This document shows positions 20,302 through 29,785 of a stretch of DNA of 64,000 nt, one piece after another. The notes beneath the pieces were generated by a model. It was not told the origin of the DNA. It was given only the letters and a program-made list of their open reading frames with translations, and did no database searches. Made by a program: the position numbers and the translations under genes. Origin of the DNA: Methanobacteriota archaeon (GTDB lineage: Archaea > Halobacteriota > Bog-38 > Methanoflorentales > Methanoflorentaceae); the NCBI GenBank assembly GCA_963719035.1, contig CAVRAO010000002.1, positions 640,001-704,000 on the forward strand, in the 5' to 3' direction. Within the stretch, counting starts at the first letter, position 1. Each line of letters begins with the position of its first letter.

Positions 20302-21906
20302 TCACTGTCGTTCCCACCGCTCTTGCAGTATCCGCTCTGCCTCTTCCCGGTGTGCATCCATTACATATGGGAGCTCAGAAACCTTTGCTGCGTCTTTGGT
20401 AAGCGCCATCAAGTCTCTTCGAGAGAGAGCTCCTATGTTAAACTTCCTGCTTCCTGCCATCAGTTGCTGCAACCCAGTCTTGAACTTTTGGCAATAGGTA
20501 TAGAGCCCGATTGCGCCTAGCGGTATTGCATCAGTTTCGTGACCAAACCGTTCCTTTATCTCGTCGTAGGAGACGAATATCTCTTTCGGCGTGACTCCGT
20601 ATGTTGACACAGTCCTAGGCAAGTTCGCTTCTTCGATCCACTTCCCGATATTCTTTCCTACCATGCCGGGGATCATTAAAGCGCGGCCCATGCATACAGC
20701 CTTTACAAAGGGAGCGCCCATCGCAATTGCCTTGTATACGCCATCTTCTGTAGAGAATCCCCCTGCCATCGCGATATCGGGAACCCGCATTCCCATATCA
20801 CAGAGGGTTCTGCAAAATTGGTACGTCAATGCTTCGAGATAGAATGTCGGGATGCCCCATTCATTCATCATCGGCCACGGGCTCATCCCTGTGCCCCCTG
20901 GAGCGCCATCGATTGTAATGAGGTCAAGCTTCGCTTCTGCCCCATAGCGGAGTGCCATAGCGAGTTCCATCGACGAATATGCGCCTGTTTTAAGCGTGAT
21001 ACGTTTAAATCCAATGTCGCGCAGGCGGTCTACTTCTTCAAAAAAGGCGGCACGAGATACGAACCCAACGCGAGAATGTCGCTCGAATTGCCTAATTCCA
21101 CCGTCCTGGTATGCCCTTTCCACTGCCGGAAGAGTTGGGTCGGGCAGCACGATATACCCGCGGTCCTTAAGCTGTCGTGCCCGCTCAATGGTTTTGACTT
21201 GTATCTCGCCTCCGATGCACTTCGCTCCCTGACCCCATTTGAGTTCGATCGTTTCCAAATTGTGCTTTGAAGCTAGATACTCCGCAACCCCAAGCCGCGT
21301 ATCCTCTACGTTAATTTGGACGAGCAGCTCTCCGTATCCGTCGTGATATCTTCTATAGGTATCTATTCGGTAATCCATATCCGGCGATTTCTTGACTTTA
21401 CCCTCACTATCAAGTTCAAGCCCGGGATCCACTCCACAGACGTTCTCTCCGCAGACGATAGTAATTCCTGCGAGCGCCGCGCCCGTCGCAAAGTGTTCCC
21501 AATTATGCTTCGCAATTGTGGTAGAGCCCAATGCACCGGTGAATATGGGTACCCGCATCTTAGTCTTTTTATTATACCCATACTCCGTTTCGGTATCCAC
21601 GTTTTCAAAAAGCGCGGTGTCGGGACCCGCCTCAACACCCTCTGGTAGTCCTTCGGCGCCCACGGCATACCCCTGAATGTTTAGGTGTGAATAATCTATC
21701 GGGTAGTTTTTGTCGGCGCCGGCGGTAACTTCTCCGAACCTGGCTTGGTAAAGCACTTCTCGGCCCCTAAAGGAGGACAACCAGATTTCACAGCCGCCTT
21801 TACAACCGTCAAGGCATTCTGTACATATCCCCGACATTGGGACAACATTCTGTGCGCGGTTGAAGGTGTGCGTTACTATATTAGCGTTCGGTCTTCTCAG
21901 GTTCAT
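20302..21906 (-). CDS. FMN-binding glutamate synthase family protein (stand-alone synthase domain with N-terminal Cys cluster)
   Basis: IELKWGQGAKCIGGE, LKTGAY, ITIDGAPGGTG, AMAGG..KAIAMGA; CTECLDGCKGGC. Confidence 0.88.
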   Translation of the reverse strand: MNLRRPNANIVTHTFNRAQNVVPMSGICTECLDGCKGGCEIWLSSFRGREVLYQARFGEVTAGADKNYPIDYSHLNIQGYAVGAEGLPEGVEAGPDTALFENVDTETEYGYNKKTKMRVPIFTGALGSTTIAKHNWEHFATGAALAGITIVCGENVCGVDPGLELDSEGKVKKSPDMDYRIDTYRRYHDGYGELLVQINVEDTRLGVAEYLASKHNLETIELKWGQGAKCIGGEIQVKTIERARQLKDRGYIVLPDPTLPAVERAYQDGGIRQFERHSRVGFVSRAAFFEEVDRLRDIGFKRITLKTGAYSSMELAMALRYGAEAKLDLITIDGAPGGTGMSPWPMMNEWGIPTFYLEALTYQFCRTLCDMGMRVPDIAMAGGFSTEDGVYKAIAMGAPFVKAVCMGRALMIPGMVGKNIGKWIEEANLPRTVSTYGVTPKEIFVSYDEIKERFGHETDAIPLGAIGLYTYCQKFKTGLQQLMAGSRKFNIGALSRRDLMALTKDAAKVSELPYVMDAHREEAERILQERWERQ

Positions 21907-21985
21907 GCCGTAATCGCTTCCTTTTTTTTATTTATCCGTCGTTTACACCACGGAAGATCCGTCTTTTTCGAATTTTGTTAACTCG

Positions 21986-22027
21986 CGTTATAGCTTTCTG
22001 GTTCGCTCGGTTACATCTATTGTCCAT
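21986..22027 (-). pseudogene. 5' remnant of the second cooS
   Basis: MDNRCNRANQKAIT versus intact MDKRRNKTNPKSMT, in the same overlapping position relative to the cooF end. Confidence 0.65.
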
Positions 22028-22502
22028 ATATCAGTGCACCACACTTACATGCAAGCACACACGATAGCTCCGCCGCACCACCGCAGAGGTCGCATTTAAC
22101 GGCTTCATGGCCGCGCGCCTGTATCGCCCCAAAGGGGCACGCCTCCACACATTCAAGACATCCAATGCAGCTTTCGTCATCAATCGTCACTACACCGTCG
22201 CCATCTTTTGTAATCGCGCTTGCTTTGCAAACCTCTATACACTTCGGGTGCTTACAGTGAACGCACGTTATAAGATGCAATTTGCCATCGTTATGAACAA
22301 TCAAGAGCCTCGAGAAAGGGCGCGGGTGCTCGCAGATTGCTGTGTTAATATCACCTGACGCGCTATGTCGCAGCGCACAGGCAAGTTCGCACGACTTGCA
22401 CGCCATACAATTCTTAGGAATAAACCTTACGAGCGAATCTATGCAAGCATCACAGCCTTCGCCGCATTGAAATTGCTCTTCGTCCCAATCAAAGCAGTTC
22501 AT
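22017..22502 (-). CDS. CooF-like 4Fe-4S protein, copy 2, with Cys-rich N-terminal extension
   Basis: Paralog of 19370-19798, 3' end near-identical; ATG 22502 follows GAGGTG RBS. Confidence 0.88.
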   Translation of the reverse strand: MNCFDWDEEQFQCGEGCDACIDSLVRFIPKNCMACKSCELACALRHSASGDINTAICEHPRPFSRLLIVHNDGKLHLITCVHCKHPKCIEVCKASAITKDGDGVVTIDDESCIGCLECVEACPFGAIQARGHEAVKCDLCGGAAELSCVLACKCGALIYGQ

Positions 22503-22569
22503 GTATTTCACCTCATCGAGCAAAGAACGAAGGTTTGAACCCTCACCGGTATATTCCGCATTTTTTTAG

Positions 22570-22725
22570 AATTCAGCTTCAGCAAAATCCTTGGAAATAA
22601 CACGATATTGAACGATAGGTTAAGATCGAATACCTTTTTTTATTTGGAACGAGTCATATATATATGTGGTCTTCGCAGGACGACAGAAAGTATTTATAGC
22701 GAGCATAGGCGAGTAGGTGTAAGCT
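22570..22725. promoter_or_regulatory. divergent promoter region cooF2 / SAMP (second copy of duplicated block)
   Basis: CATATATATG palindrome and GAAAGTATTTATAG BRE-TATA-like element before ATG 22726. Confidence 0.65.
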
Positions 22726-22998
22726 ATGGGGCTTGTAAGCGTTCGTTTCTTCGCAAATTTACGCGAAATCGTAGGGCAACCGCAACTCAGTGTAGAGGCG
22801 AGCACCATACGTGAGTTGCTGACCGCGCTCCGATCAGAGCACCCTGCGCTGCAACCGTTACTCTGCGAAGACGGCGAGGTCCGCCCTTACATTACAATCC
22901 TCATCAATGGCACGAACATACGCGAAATGGAAGCGCTGGCGACGATTCTATCCGATGGCGATGAAGTCGCGATCTTTCCTCCTGTTTCAGGCGGTTAA
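22726..22998 (+). CDS. MoaD/SAMP ubiquitin-like sulfur carrier
   Basis: VRFFANLRE...DGDEVAIFPPVSGG with C-terminal GG. Confidence 0.93.
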   Translation: MGLVSVRFFANLREIVGQPQLSVEASTIRELLTALRSEHPALQPLLCEDGEVRPYITILINGTNIREMEALATILSDGDEVAIFPPVSGG

Positions 22999-23028
22999 CT
23001 TGGACGATTGTCAATCACTGAGGTCAAC

Positions 23029-23345
23029 TTACCACTTCGTAAGCTGACTTAACGATCCTTCCATACCTCTATAATCCTCTAAAAGCTCGCGGCCGAAAGC
23101 TGTCAAATTGGCTCCTCCGCCTTCTTTGCCACCTCGCGTCCTTTCAACGAGAGGATGCCAAGTCGTTTTTCAACGATGGTTAAACGTTCCAGTGCGTAAC
23201 GATATGACATTCCCAGCTCGCGCGCTGCGGCGCTTGTAGAGCTAAGTCTCACGATTTCGACAAGAAGCCGCATCGTGCCAAGGCCGAAAACGTGCTCTCC
23301 ATTTTCGCCGACAAACCAAAGCTTGAATCGCGGTCTGATTCTCAC
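23029..23345 (-). pseudogene. ModE-type wHTH regulator, frameshifted near 23158
   Basis: KLWF..VFGLG..SAAARELGMSYRYA, continuing in another frame as HPLVERTRGGKEGGGANLTAFGRELL; may be a sequencing indel. Confidence 0.75.
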
Positions 23346-23387
23346 GCTCGTAAGATAAAGAGCGCACATGCACACTAAACCATAACG

Positions 23388-23870
23388 ATGATATTCAAAA
23401 CACTAACTCAGTTCGAGGCGGCTTTGAACGTGTTTCTCAAAGCCATCGTGCCTATTGATGACACTGAGGGGGCACCCATACGAGAGGCTAGAGGGAGGGT
23501 GCTTGCCCGCCAGATCATTGCGGAACGAAACGAACCTAATTATCGGCGGGCAGCTACGGATGGTTACGCGGTCGTTGCCGACGATAGGTTAGGAGCAAGT
23601 TAGCTTTCACCCGTTGTTCTCAAAATCGGAGAAGACATAAAACACGGCGTTGCCTCTCGAGTTCTTACTGGTTCTAAAATACCAGACCAAGCTGACGCCG
23701 TTGTGATGGTTAAAGGTGTCGAACGTCTTGACGACGTCGCTGAGATTAAAGCGCAGGCGCATCCGTTCGAAAATGTAGGCCTCAAAGGAGAGGACGTAAA
23801 CCGCGGTGAGCATATTTTTGCTCCAGGCCATCGGCTACGACCGCGGATATAGGCCTGCTTGCTTCCCCCG
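23388..23870 (+). pseudogene. moeA: MoeA molybdopterin molybdotransferase, N-terminal fragment
   Basis: ARGRVLA, AATDGYAV, TGSKIPDQADAVVM, GEDVNRGE; in-frame TAG at 23601, frameshift near 23845, truncated before tRNA. Confidence 0.85.
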
Positions 23871-23961
23871 AAGTCCAAGATGATTGGTCGCTACAGCGCA
23901 CTTTGTTTCAATCTCTTTTACTACAACTTTTTATTGTTAAACGTTAATTGAACGTTGCCAT

Positions 23962-24036
23962 GGGGTAGTAGGGTAGCTTGGTCCATCCTCGAGCGTTTGG
24001 GACGCTTGGACGGCAGTTCGAATCTGCCCTACCCCA
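23962..24036 (+). tRNA. tRNA-Pro(TGG)
   Basis: Acceptor GGGGTAG/CTACCCC, anticodon arm GAGCG-TTTGGGA-CGCTT, T arm GGCAG-TTCGAAT-CTGCC. Confidence 0.95.
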
Positions 24037-24080
24037 TAGATCTAAAGTGTTCACGATTCGACTCAAAACACACCATATAA

Positions 24081-24155
24081 GGACTCGTAGCCTAGTCAGG
24101 ATAGGGCACCGGCCTCCTAAGCCGGCGGTCGAGGGTTCAAATCCCTCCGGGTCCG
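24081..24155 (+). tRNA. tRNA-Arg(CCT)
   Basis: Acceptor GGACTCG/CGGGTCC, anticodon arm CCGGC-CTCCTAA-GCCGG, T arm GAGGG-TTCAAAT-CCCTC. Confidence 0.95.
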
Positions 24156-24243
24156 CTTTCGTCATACGTGCGACAACGTGTCAATCTAAACATTTATTCA
24201 GTGCACCTAGGCATAGCGGAGTTTATTGCGCCACGCGTTCTCC

Positions 24244-25848
24244 TTAAGGGCTCAGTTGCACACACGTTTTCACGCGGAACTCAAACGCCGCGACTGGATA
24301 AATTAATTTATGCTCAGTTAGTATATCCGGATCAATTTCCCCAAAAGTCCCAACGGCCTCTCCATTAACGATAATCTTGGCGCGTCTTCCCTCAATAAAC
24401 GAGGGATGATTGGCTTCAGAAACCTCAAAAGCGCAGCCTGTTTCGCGCATAACTGCACTCACTACCTTCTTCATTTCCGTAAAACTAGCGATACTGGACG
24501 CGATAACACCAGCACAAAGGCGACTTTCTTGGGCGACATTAGCGATGAGGTGGACGACATCGCCTACCTCGTATACCATTTGAGGATACTCTCTGTGCTG
24601 ATTAAGAGCCAACGTGTCTATTAAACCTGGCAGCAGACTCGTCCGCAAGCTGATATGCTCCTCAAGCAGGGGATTTTCTATAATAACTGCTTGACTGGGA
24701 TCTGGAGCCAACATAAGCGTGATCACCTCTAAGAATCCAAGGCCCTGCAAAACGTCCCTGAGAATAGCTGATTGCTGCTCCTCTTCTAGCCGGCCACCTA
24801 TCGTTCCAAGCTTCGGATATGAAGGTGGAACATTTTCGTAACCAAAACCTATCGCAACGTCCTCGATGATGTCCACCGGGTGCATGATATCAGTTCGGTA
24901 GCACGGAACGGATACCGTAAAACGGCCGGCGTCGACCGCTGCCTCCATACGCATCTTCTGAAGTGAAGCCAGGATCGCCTCCTCGGTGATATCAGCGCCG
25001 ATGCGCCGCACTATGTCGCCTTTTGTGACAACGATAATCGAATTGCCCATGTTCGGAGTGCTTAGTACTTGGTCGTGATCTGGATAAACGACTTCCACCG
25101 TCTCGACGCTCGCTCCTCGGTCAGATAGCGCTGAGACGAGTATGTGAAGGCAGTCTTGTATTGCTTTCATATCGAGGCCAGTTACGTCAATAAACAGATC
25201 AGTGGTTTTCTCGGTCACTCGAGTAAGCTCACCGTTTATGATTGGAGGAAATGAGAGGACATTGTCATTTGTGTCGAGGATGAGGGGATGACGCTCGCCA
25301 ACGATGTGTGCATATTCCTTTCCCTTTGGATGAACGCGAAGAATCTCGGCGGGGGTCATAACCTCGGAAAAATCGAGCGGCACGAAGGCAACCTCGCCGA
25401 GCGTGTATCTAAAAGGCGGACTAACGTGCGAAAGATCGTGAATGCCAATCGCTGCCTTTCGCCGATCCCGCCCGACACCCCAGTGCAAGTCCTCTTGCAA
25501 ATCGATCAGAGACTTGATCGTTCTTTCATCGTTCTTAACCCCTCGGACGACCGCGCACACTATGTAAGGACGAACTAAATTAACGGACGGGTCGACTTCT
25601 ACTTCTATGCCAGAAGGTCTAGCTGTGTAAGTGGGGAGGCCCGTCTCTATTCCAAGCATACCCCTCAGTGCTCGAGCTGCGCCCTCAACACTAAAAAGAT
25701 CGGGCCTATTTGGGAAAAACTCGACCTCTATCTCATCGTTGACGCACCCGACATCTGCACCCAAGCGTGGGAGCAGCTCAACAATCGTATGGACGTCTGC
25801 GCCCACCATTTCCTGAAGATCCTCACGATTCAGACTGACAACTGGCAC
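24244..25848 (-). CDS. pheT: phenylalanine-tRNA ligase beta subunit (archaeal type)
   Basis: PNRPDL, SFPPIIN, RTDIMHPVDIIEDVAI, LRTSLLPGL. Confidence 0.97.
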   Translation of the reverse strand: MPVVSLNREDLQEMVGADVHTIVELLPRLGADVGCVNDEIEVEFFPNRPDLFSVEGAARALRGMLGIETGLPTYTARPSGIEVEVDPSVNLVRPYIVCAVVRGVKNDERTIKSLIDLQEDLHWGVGRDRRKAAIGIHDLSHVSPPFRYTLGEVAFVPLDFSEVMTPAEILRVHPKGKEYAHIVGERHPLILDTNDNVLSFPPIINGELTRVTEKTTDLFIDVTGLDMKAIQDCLHILVSALSDRGASVETVEVVYPDHDQVLSTPNMGNSIIVVTKGDIVRRIGADITEEAILASLQKMRMEAAVDAGRFTVSVPCYRTDIMHPVDIIEDVAIGFGYENVPPSYPKLGTIGGRLEEEQQSAILRDVLQGLGFLEVITLMLAPDPSQAVIIENPLLEEHISLRTSLLPGLIDTLALNQHREYPQMVYEVGDVVHLIANVAQESRLCAGVIASSIASFTEMKKVVSAVMRETGCAFEVSEANHPSFIEGRRAKIIVNGEAVGTFGEIDPDILTEHKLIYPVAAFEFRVKTCVQLSP

Positions 25849-25857
25849 TAATTCACC

Positions 25858-27348
25858 TTAGCGTAATGCAAACGGGATGTTGCGCAACCACTCGACGTCA
25901 CTCATATAGAGCTTCCTGATATCAGTCAGTCCCATCTTGAGCATAGCAATCCTCTCAATACCGATGCTAAACCCCAGCACGCTTTTAAGTCCGAGCGGCT
26001 GCGTCACTTCGGGCCGAAAAACTCCCGCACCCACTAACTCAAGCCAGCTTCCATCCACGAAGATGTCACCCTCCAAGCTCGGTTCAGTGAATGGAAAATA
26101 GCCAGGCCTAAATCGAACACGGTGAAATCCGAGTCGCGCGAAGACCGTCTTTAGCACACCAATCAAATCAGCTAAGCTCAGGTCCTCACCGTGAATCGTC
26201 CCCTCACATTGATGAAACTGCGGAAGATGTGTTGCATCCATACTTTCTCGTCGGAACACGCGGTCTATGCCGAAAATCATTGCGGGGGGCTCTGGATGAT
26301 GGACTAAGAAGCGAAATGCAGATCCGGTCGTGTGGGTGCGCAAGACTGCTCGACGGGATCGTGCCAGGTCAAACTCGCCACCCCACCCTAAAGACCCTTC
26401 ACAGCCAGAAATATGAGCCGCCGCGACGCGTGCAGCCAACTCGGTCGGCAATTCAAGTGCAGCTGGTCGCGACAGGTAGAACGTGTCTTGTTCGTCGCGC
26501 GCGGGGTGATCTTGCGGTACGAACAAAACATCGAAGTTGTGGAATTCGCTTTCTACGATCGGACCCTTAAATTCGGTGAACCCCATCGATATGAAAATAT
26601 CGCGCATTTCATCAATAAGGCGCCGTAATGGGTGTGCTTTCCCTGGATAGAGCGTTAGAGTATCGGCATTGACGTCGTAAGGCTTCAATCGCCCCCGCCA
26701 CGCGCCAGAAATGATAAGTTCAGAAGTAAGATCTGCAATGTCACGGTCTGCTGCATATAGTGTTTCAAGTTGCGTCTCGGCACCTGCGCGAGTTAAGGTG
26801 ATCTCATGTGATGTGCTCTTATGTATCCGCACGATGTTGCGCTTTGCCAGTTCCTCAAGCGTGCGTTCTGCTTGTTGTTGTTTCACAGATACGTCGCTTA
26901 GCGTGAACCGCTTCATTACCTTAACGTCCTGAAGCACGCGTTCTTCAGGAAGCTCATCTGCCGGGCGTGGCGATAGGAAAGAATTGCCATTGACAGTCTC
27001 GATGACCGCCCAACCTCGCCGCTTTAGCCAGCCGATGGCGATTTGCACCGCGTGAAATATACCCTGGAGGTCGCTAAGGGGTGTGGGCCCGTTAATAAGC
27101 AAGTAGTCGTGAACCTGTCGCTCTGGAAGGCCTTTCTCTGCATACGTTAATCCCTCCTCAGTCAGCTCATATGACGTGCGCGTGTCTTCTTCCACGTGCA
27201 GTAGCCCTTTGGTTTGAAGTAGATACGCCGATTGGAGAACTGCCTCAGTTCTCAGAGCAGTGTCTTTTGCAAGGGCTTCTACTGAACCTCTTTTTATACG
27301 CTTAAGCGACCGCAAAAGCATCCGGTCATTTTTAGATAGCTGCACCAT
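25858..27348 (-). CDS. pheS: phenylalanine-tRNA ligase alpha subunit
   Basis: PQDHPARDEQDTF, LRTHTT, FRPGYFPFTEPS, GIERIAM. Confidence 0.97.
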   Translation of the reverse strand: MVQLSKNDRMLLRSLKRIKRGSVEALAKDTALRTEAVLQSAYLLQTKGLLHVEEDTRTSYELTEEGLTYAEKGLPERQVHDYLLINGPTPLSDLQGIFHAVQIAIGWLKRRGWAVIETVNGNSFLSPRPADELPEERVLQDVKVMKRFTLSDVSVKQQQAERTLEELAKRNIVRIHKSTSHEITLTRAGAETQLETLYAADRDIADLTSELIISGAWRGRLKPYDVNADTLTLYPGKAHPLRRLIDEMRDIFISMGFTEFKGPIVESEFHNFDVLFVPQDHPARDEQDTFYLSRPAALELPTELAARVAAAHISGCEGSLGWGGEFDLARSRRAVLRTHTTGSAFRFLVHHPEPPAMIFGIDRVFRRESMDATHLPQFHQCEGTIHGEDLSLADLIGVLKTVFARLGFHRVRFRPGYFPFTEPSLEGDIFVDGSWLELVGAGVFRPEVTQPLGLKSVLGFSIGIERIAMLKMGLTDIRKLYMSDVEWLRNIPFALR

Positions 27349-27568
27349 ACGAATCGATGACGTTAAGGACGGTAAAATACCGCCTATTCCTACTCACCTA
27401 CACATAGTTATTATTTATTGTTACCTATATACAGAGTCCTCGTGCACGCAGGAACGACCTCGTTATCACACACGCAGCCCTCGTTCACTAAGAATTCATC
27501 GTGTCCAGTTTTCGAACCGTCCAGAGACGCCTCAGACAACGTGCTGAATCGGCTGGGGAGTTGGTTTA

Positions 27569-28972
27569 GTGGAAGATACGTATAGAAGGACCCTTTTCTT
27601 GTTTAGACGGGATTTGCGCGTGCGCGACAATAGTGGACTCATCGAGGCGTCCGCAGCCTCCGAAACAGTGGTACCTGCCTTTATCTTTGATCCGAGACTG
27701 GCATCGCAAAATCCCTACTTCAGCTACAACGCATTCCAGTTTATGGTCGAGTCGCTGCGCGACCTCGCACGCCAAGTGGCAGCAGAACGTGGCTTCTTAT
27801 GCGTATTTCGTGGACGCCCAGAGGCAGTCGTGGAACGTCTCATCGCAGAGGAGGAAATAGAGGCAGTTTTCGTAAACAGAGACTACACGCCCTTTAGTCG
27901 AACGCGAGACGCTGAGATAGCCAAAGTGTGTGATGAACGCCATAATGCCTTTCACTGCATTTCTGATGTACTCCTGCATGAACCGGGCGATGTCCTTACA
28001 GACGGCGGCAAACCATACACTATTTTTTCTTATTTCTTAAGAAAAGCGCGTTCGATTCCTGTTAGGCCAGTCAACGCTGCGAGAGTGAACAATCTATCGA
28101 ATCTTAGCATTGCCTCGGAAAGTCGTGAGCGCTTTAACTGTGAGTTGCCTGATCAAAACGCGCTACGATCAGTGCGTGGCGGGCGCCCACAATCGCTCAA
28201 AACGCTTACCAACCTCCACAAGTTTGCAGAGTACGAGACTGAACGTGAATACCCCGCCAAACGCGGGACGACGAGGCTTTCGGCGCACAACAAGTTCGGC
28301 ACGTGTTCAATACGAGAAGTTTACCACTCTGTTGTGGACAAACTTGGTGCCGAACATCAGCTCATAGTTGAATTGTTCTGGCGTGATTTCTACTCTCACA
28401 TCGCGTTTTTCTTCCCCCACATCTTCCGTGGCTCATTCTATCCTAAGTACGACGCTTTAGTATGGGATGCCACCACACAGAAATTTGACGCGTGGCGTGC
28501 GGGACGAACGGGGTTTCCCATTGTCGACGCGGGGATGCGAGAGCTAAACGCTACCGGATTCATGCACAACCGCGTCCGCATGATCGTTGCATCGTTCCTA
28601 ATCAAAGATCTGCACATCGATTGGCGTCGGGGAGAGCGCTATTTTGCACAAAATCTTGTCGACTGTGACCGCGCCATTAACGACGGAAACTGGCAGTGGT
28701 GCGCCTCGACCGGATGCGATGCACAACCGTATTTTCGAATTTTCAATCCATGGCTTCAACAGCGCCGTTATGATCATGACTGTCGGTACATAAAAACGTG
28801 GATCCCTGAGTTGCGAGAAATCGCCCCAGCGCTTCTCCATTCTCCCAACAAGCTTAATGAGGTGGCAATTCCAGGCTATCCCGCACCTATCGTCGATCAT
28901 GCAATTGAAAGCAAGCGAGCGAAAAAAGCGTATCGCACAGTTGCAAAAGGTGCACAAGGAGTTCGGACGTGA
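27569..28972 (+). CDS. phr: deoxyribodipyrimidine photolyase (class I CPD-like)
   Basis: FRRDLRVRDN, TTRLSAH, GRTGFPIVDAGMREL..TGFMHNRVRM, NDGNWQW, YFRIFNP. Confidence 0.95.
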   Translation: MEDTYRRTLFLFRRDLRVRDNSGLIEASAASETVVPAFIFDPRLASQNPYFSYNAFQFMVESLRDLARQVAAERGFLCVFRGRPEAVVERLIAEEEIEAVFVNRDYTPFSRTRDAEIAKVCDERHNAFHCISDVLLHEPGDVLTDGGKPYTIFSYFLRKARSIPVRPVNAARVNNLSNLSIASESRERFNCELPDQNALRSVRGGRPQSLKTLTNLHKFAEYETEREYPAKRGTTRLSAHNKFGTCSIREVYHSVVDKLGAEHQLIVELFWRDFYSHIAFFFPHIFRGSFYPKYDALVWDATTQKFDAWRAGRTGFPIVDAGMRELNATGFMHNRVRMIVASFLIKDLHIDWRRGERYFAQNLVDCDRAINDGNWQWCASTGCDAQPYFRIFNPWLQQRRYDHDCRYIKTWIPELREIAPALLHSPNKLNEVAIPGYPAPIVDHAIESKRAKKAYRTVAKGAQGVRT

Positions 28973-29281
28973 GTAGACATCGCCTTGACTGGTATACTTT
29001 ATTCTGCAACCGGATACACTATAAACAGCGCTAAATTAAGTAGTACTCCTTCAAGTTTTCGAGGTCGGACTCGCGTTCAAATCTCGAGTCTACGGGTCAG
29101 CTAAAGCAAAAAACGATTGATAGGTGCGTGCCCGCGCTGACTTATATTAATTCGCTTATTGACAGCAGCTCTGTGTTAACGCAGAGCTTGGCGGAAATAT
29201 TGAGCCTAGTTCGATTAACGCCTCGACTTACAGTATATAGAATACATTTTCGAAAGCAGGATTGCTGATGCACAAAAGGAT

Positions 29282-29767
29282 CTATGCGTTCTTTAAAGCG
29301 ACTATTTCCTCCACCTTGTCAAGTTTCCATACGAGGCTCCGATTCTCGTTCACGATAGATTCCAAAGGCTCGGCCGGCGAATGGCCGAGCGCAGCGACAA
29401 CGTTGCTTGAGAGTCCTCGCGTCTTTATCATGTTAACGAACTGCTGTCGAACACGTCGACCTTCGGAACGAGCAGTGACTTCAACTAGCTTCCCCAACAA
29501 GGTCACGAATGTGTAAGACGATAAGTCTGGACTTATCCGTTCTATCTCAACGGCAACGTTTGGATTCTCGTTGAAGTAGTGGATCTTTTTTCCGTATTTT
29601 GTTGACAAAAAAAAGAGATTGTGCCCATCGAAAACATACAAAAAAGGTGCGACGTACGGATACGAATCGCCCTTGAAGGCGATCCGGCTCACGTAGTTCT
29701 CCTTTATCAGCCTGTCATACTCCTCTTTTTCCATACGGGGGATCTTCAAGATGTCCATTTCTGCCAC
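29282..29767 (-). CDS. pyridoxamine 5'-phosphate oxidase-like (split-barrel flavin/F420-binding, NimA-like) protein
   Basis: VSRIAF..YPYVAP..GKKIHYFNENPNVAVEI. Confidence 0.85.
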   Translation of the reverse strand: MAEMDILKIPRMEKEEYDRLIKENYVSRIAFKGDSYPYVAPFLYVFDGHNLFFLSTKYGKKIHYFNENPNVAVEIERISPDLSSYTFVTLLGKLVEVTARSEGRRVRQQFVNMIKTRGLSSNVVAALGHSPAEPLESIVNENRSLVWKLDKVEEIVALKNA

Positions 29768-29785
29768 CAGTTTGTCGGAGTGTGG

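Noticed and set aside
23601-23603. In-frame TAG in moeA as possible pyrrolysine read-through
   Set aside because: The gene also has a later frameshift, an altered AMDG motif (ATDG) and is truncated; no pyl genes in the window; ordinary decay fits better
23870-24160. Integrative element attachment site at the tRNA pair
   Set aside because: No duplicated tRNA 3' end, integrase or transposase found in the window
29060-29100. Third tRNA suggested by GTTCAAATC
   Set aside because: No acceptor stem, D arm or anticodon arm could be folded
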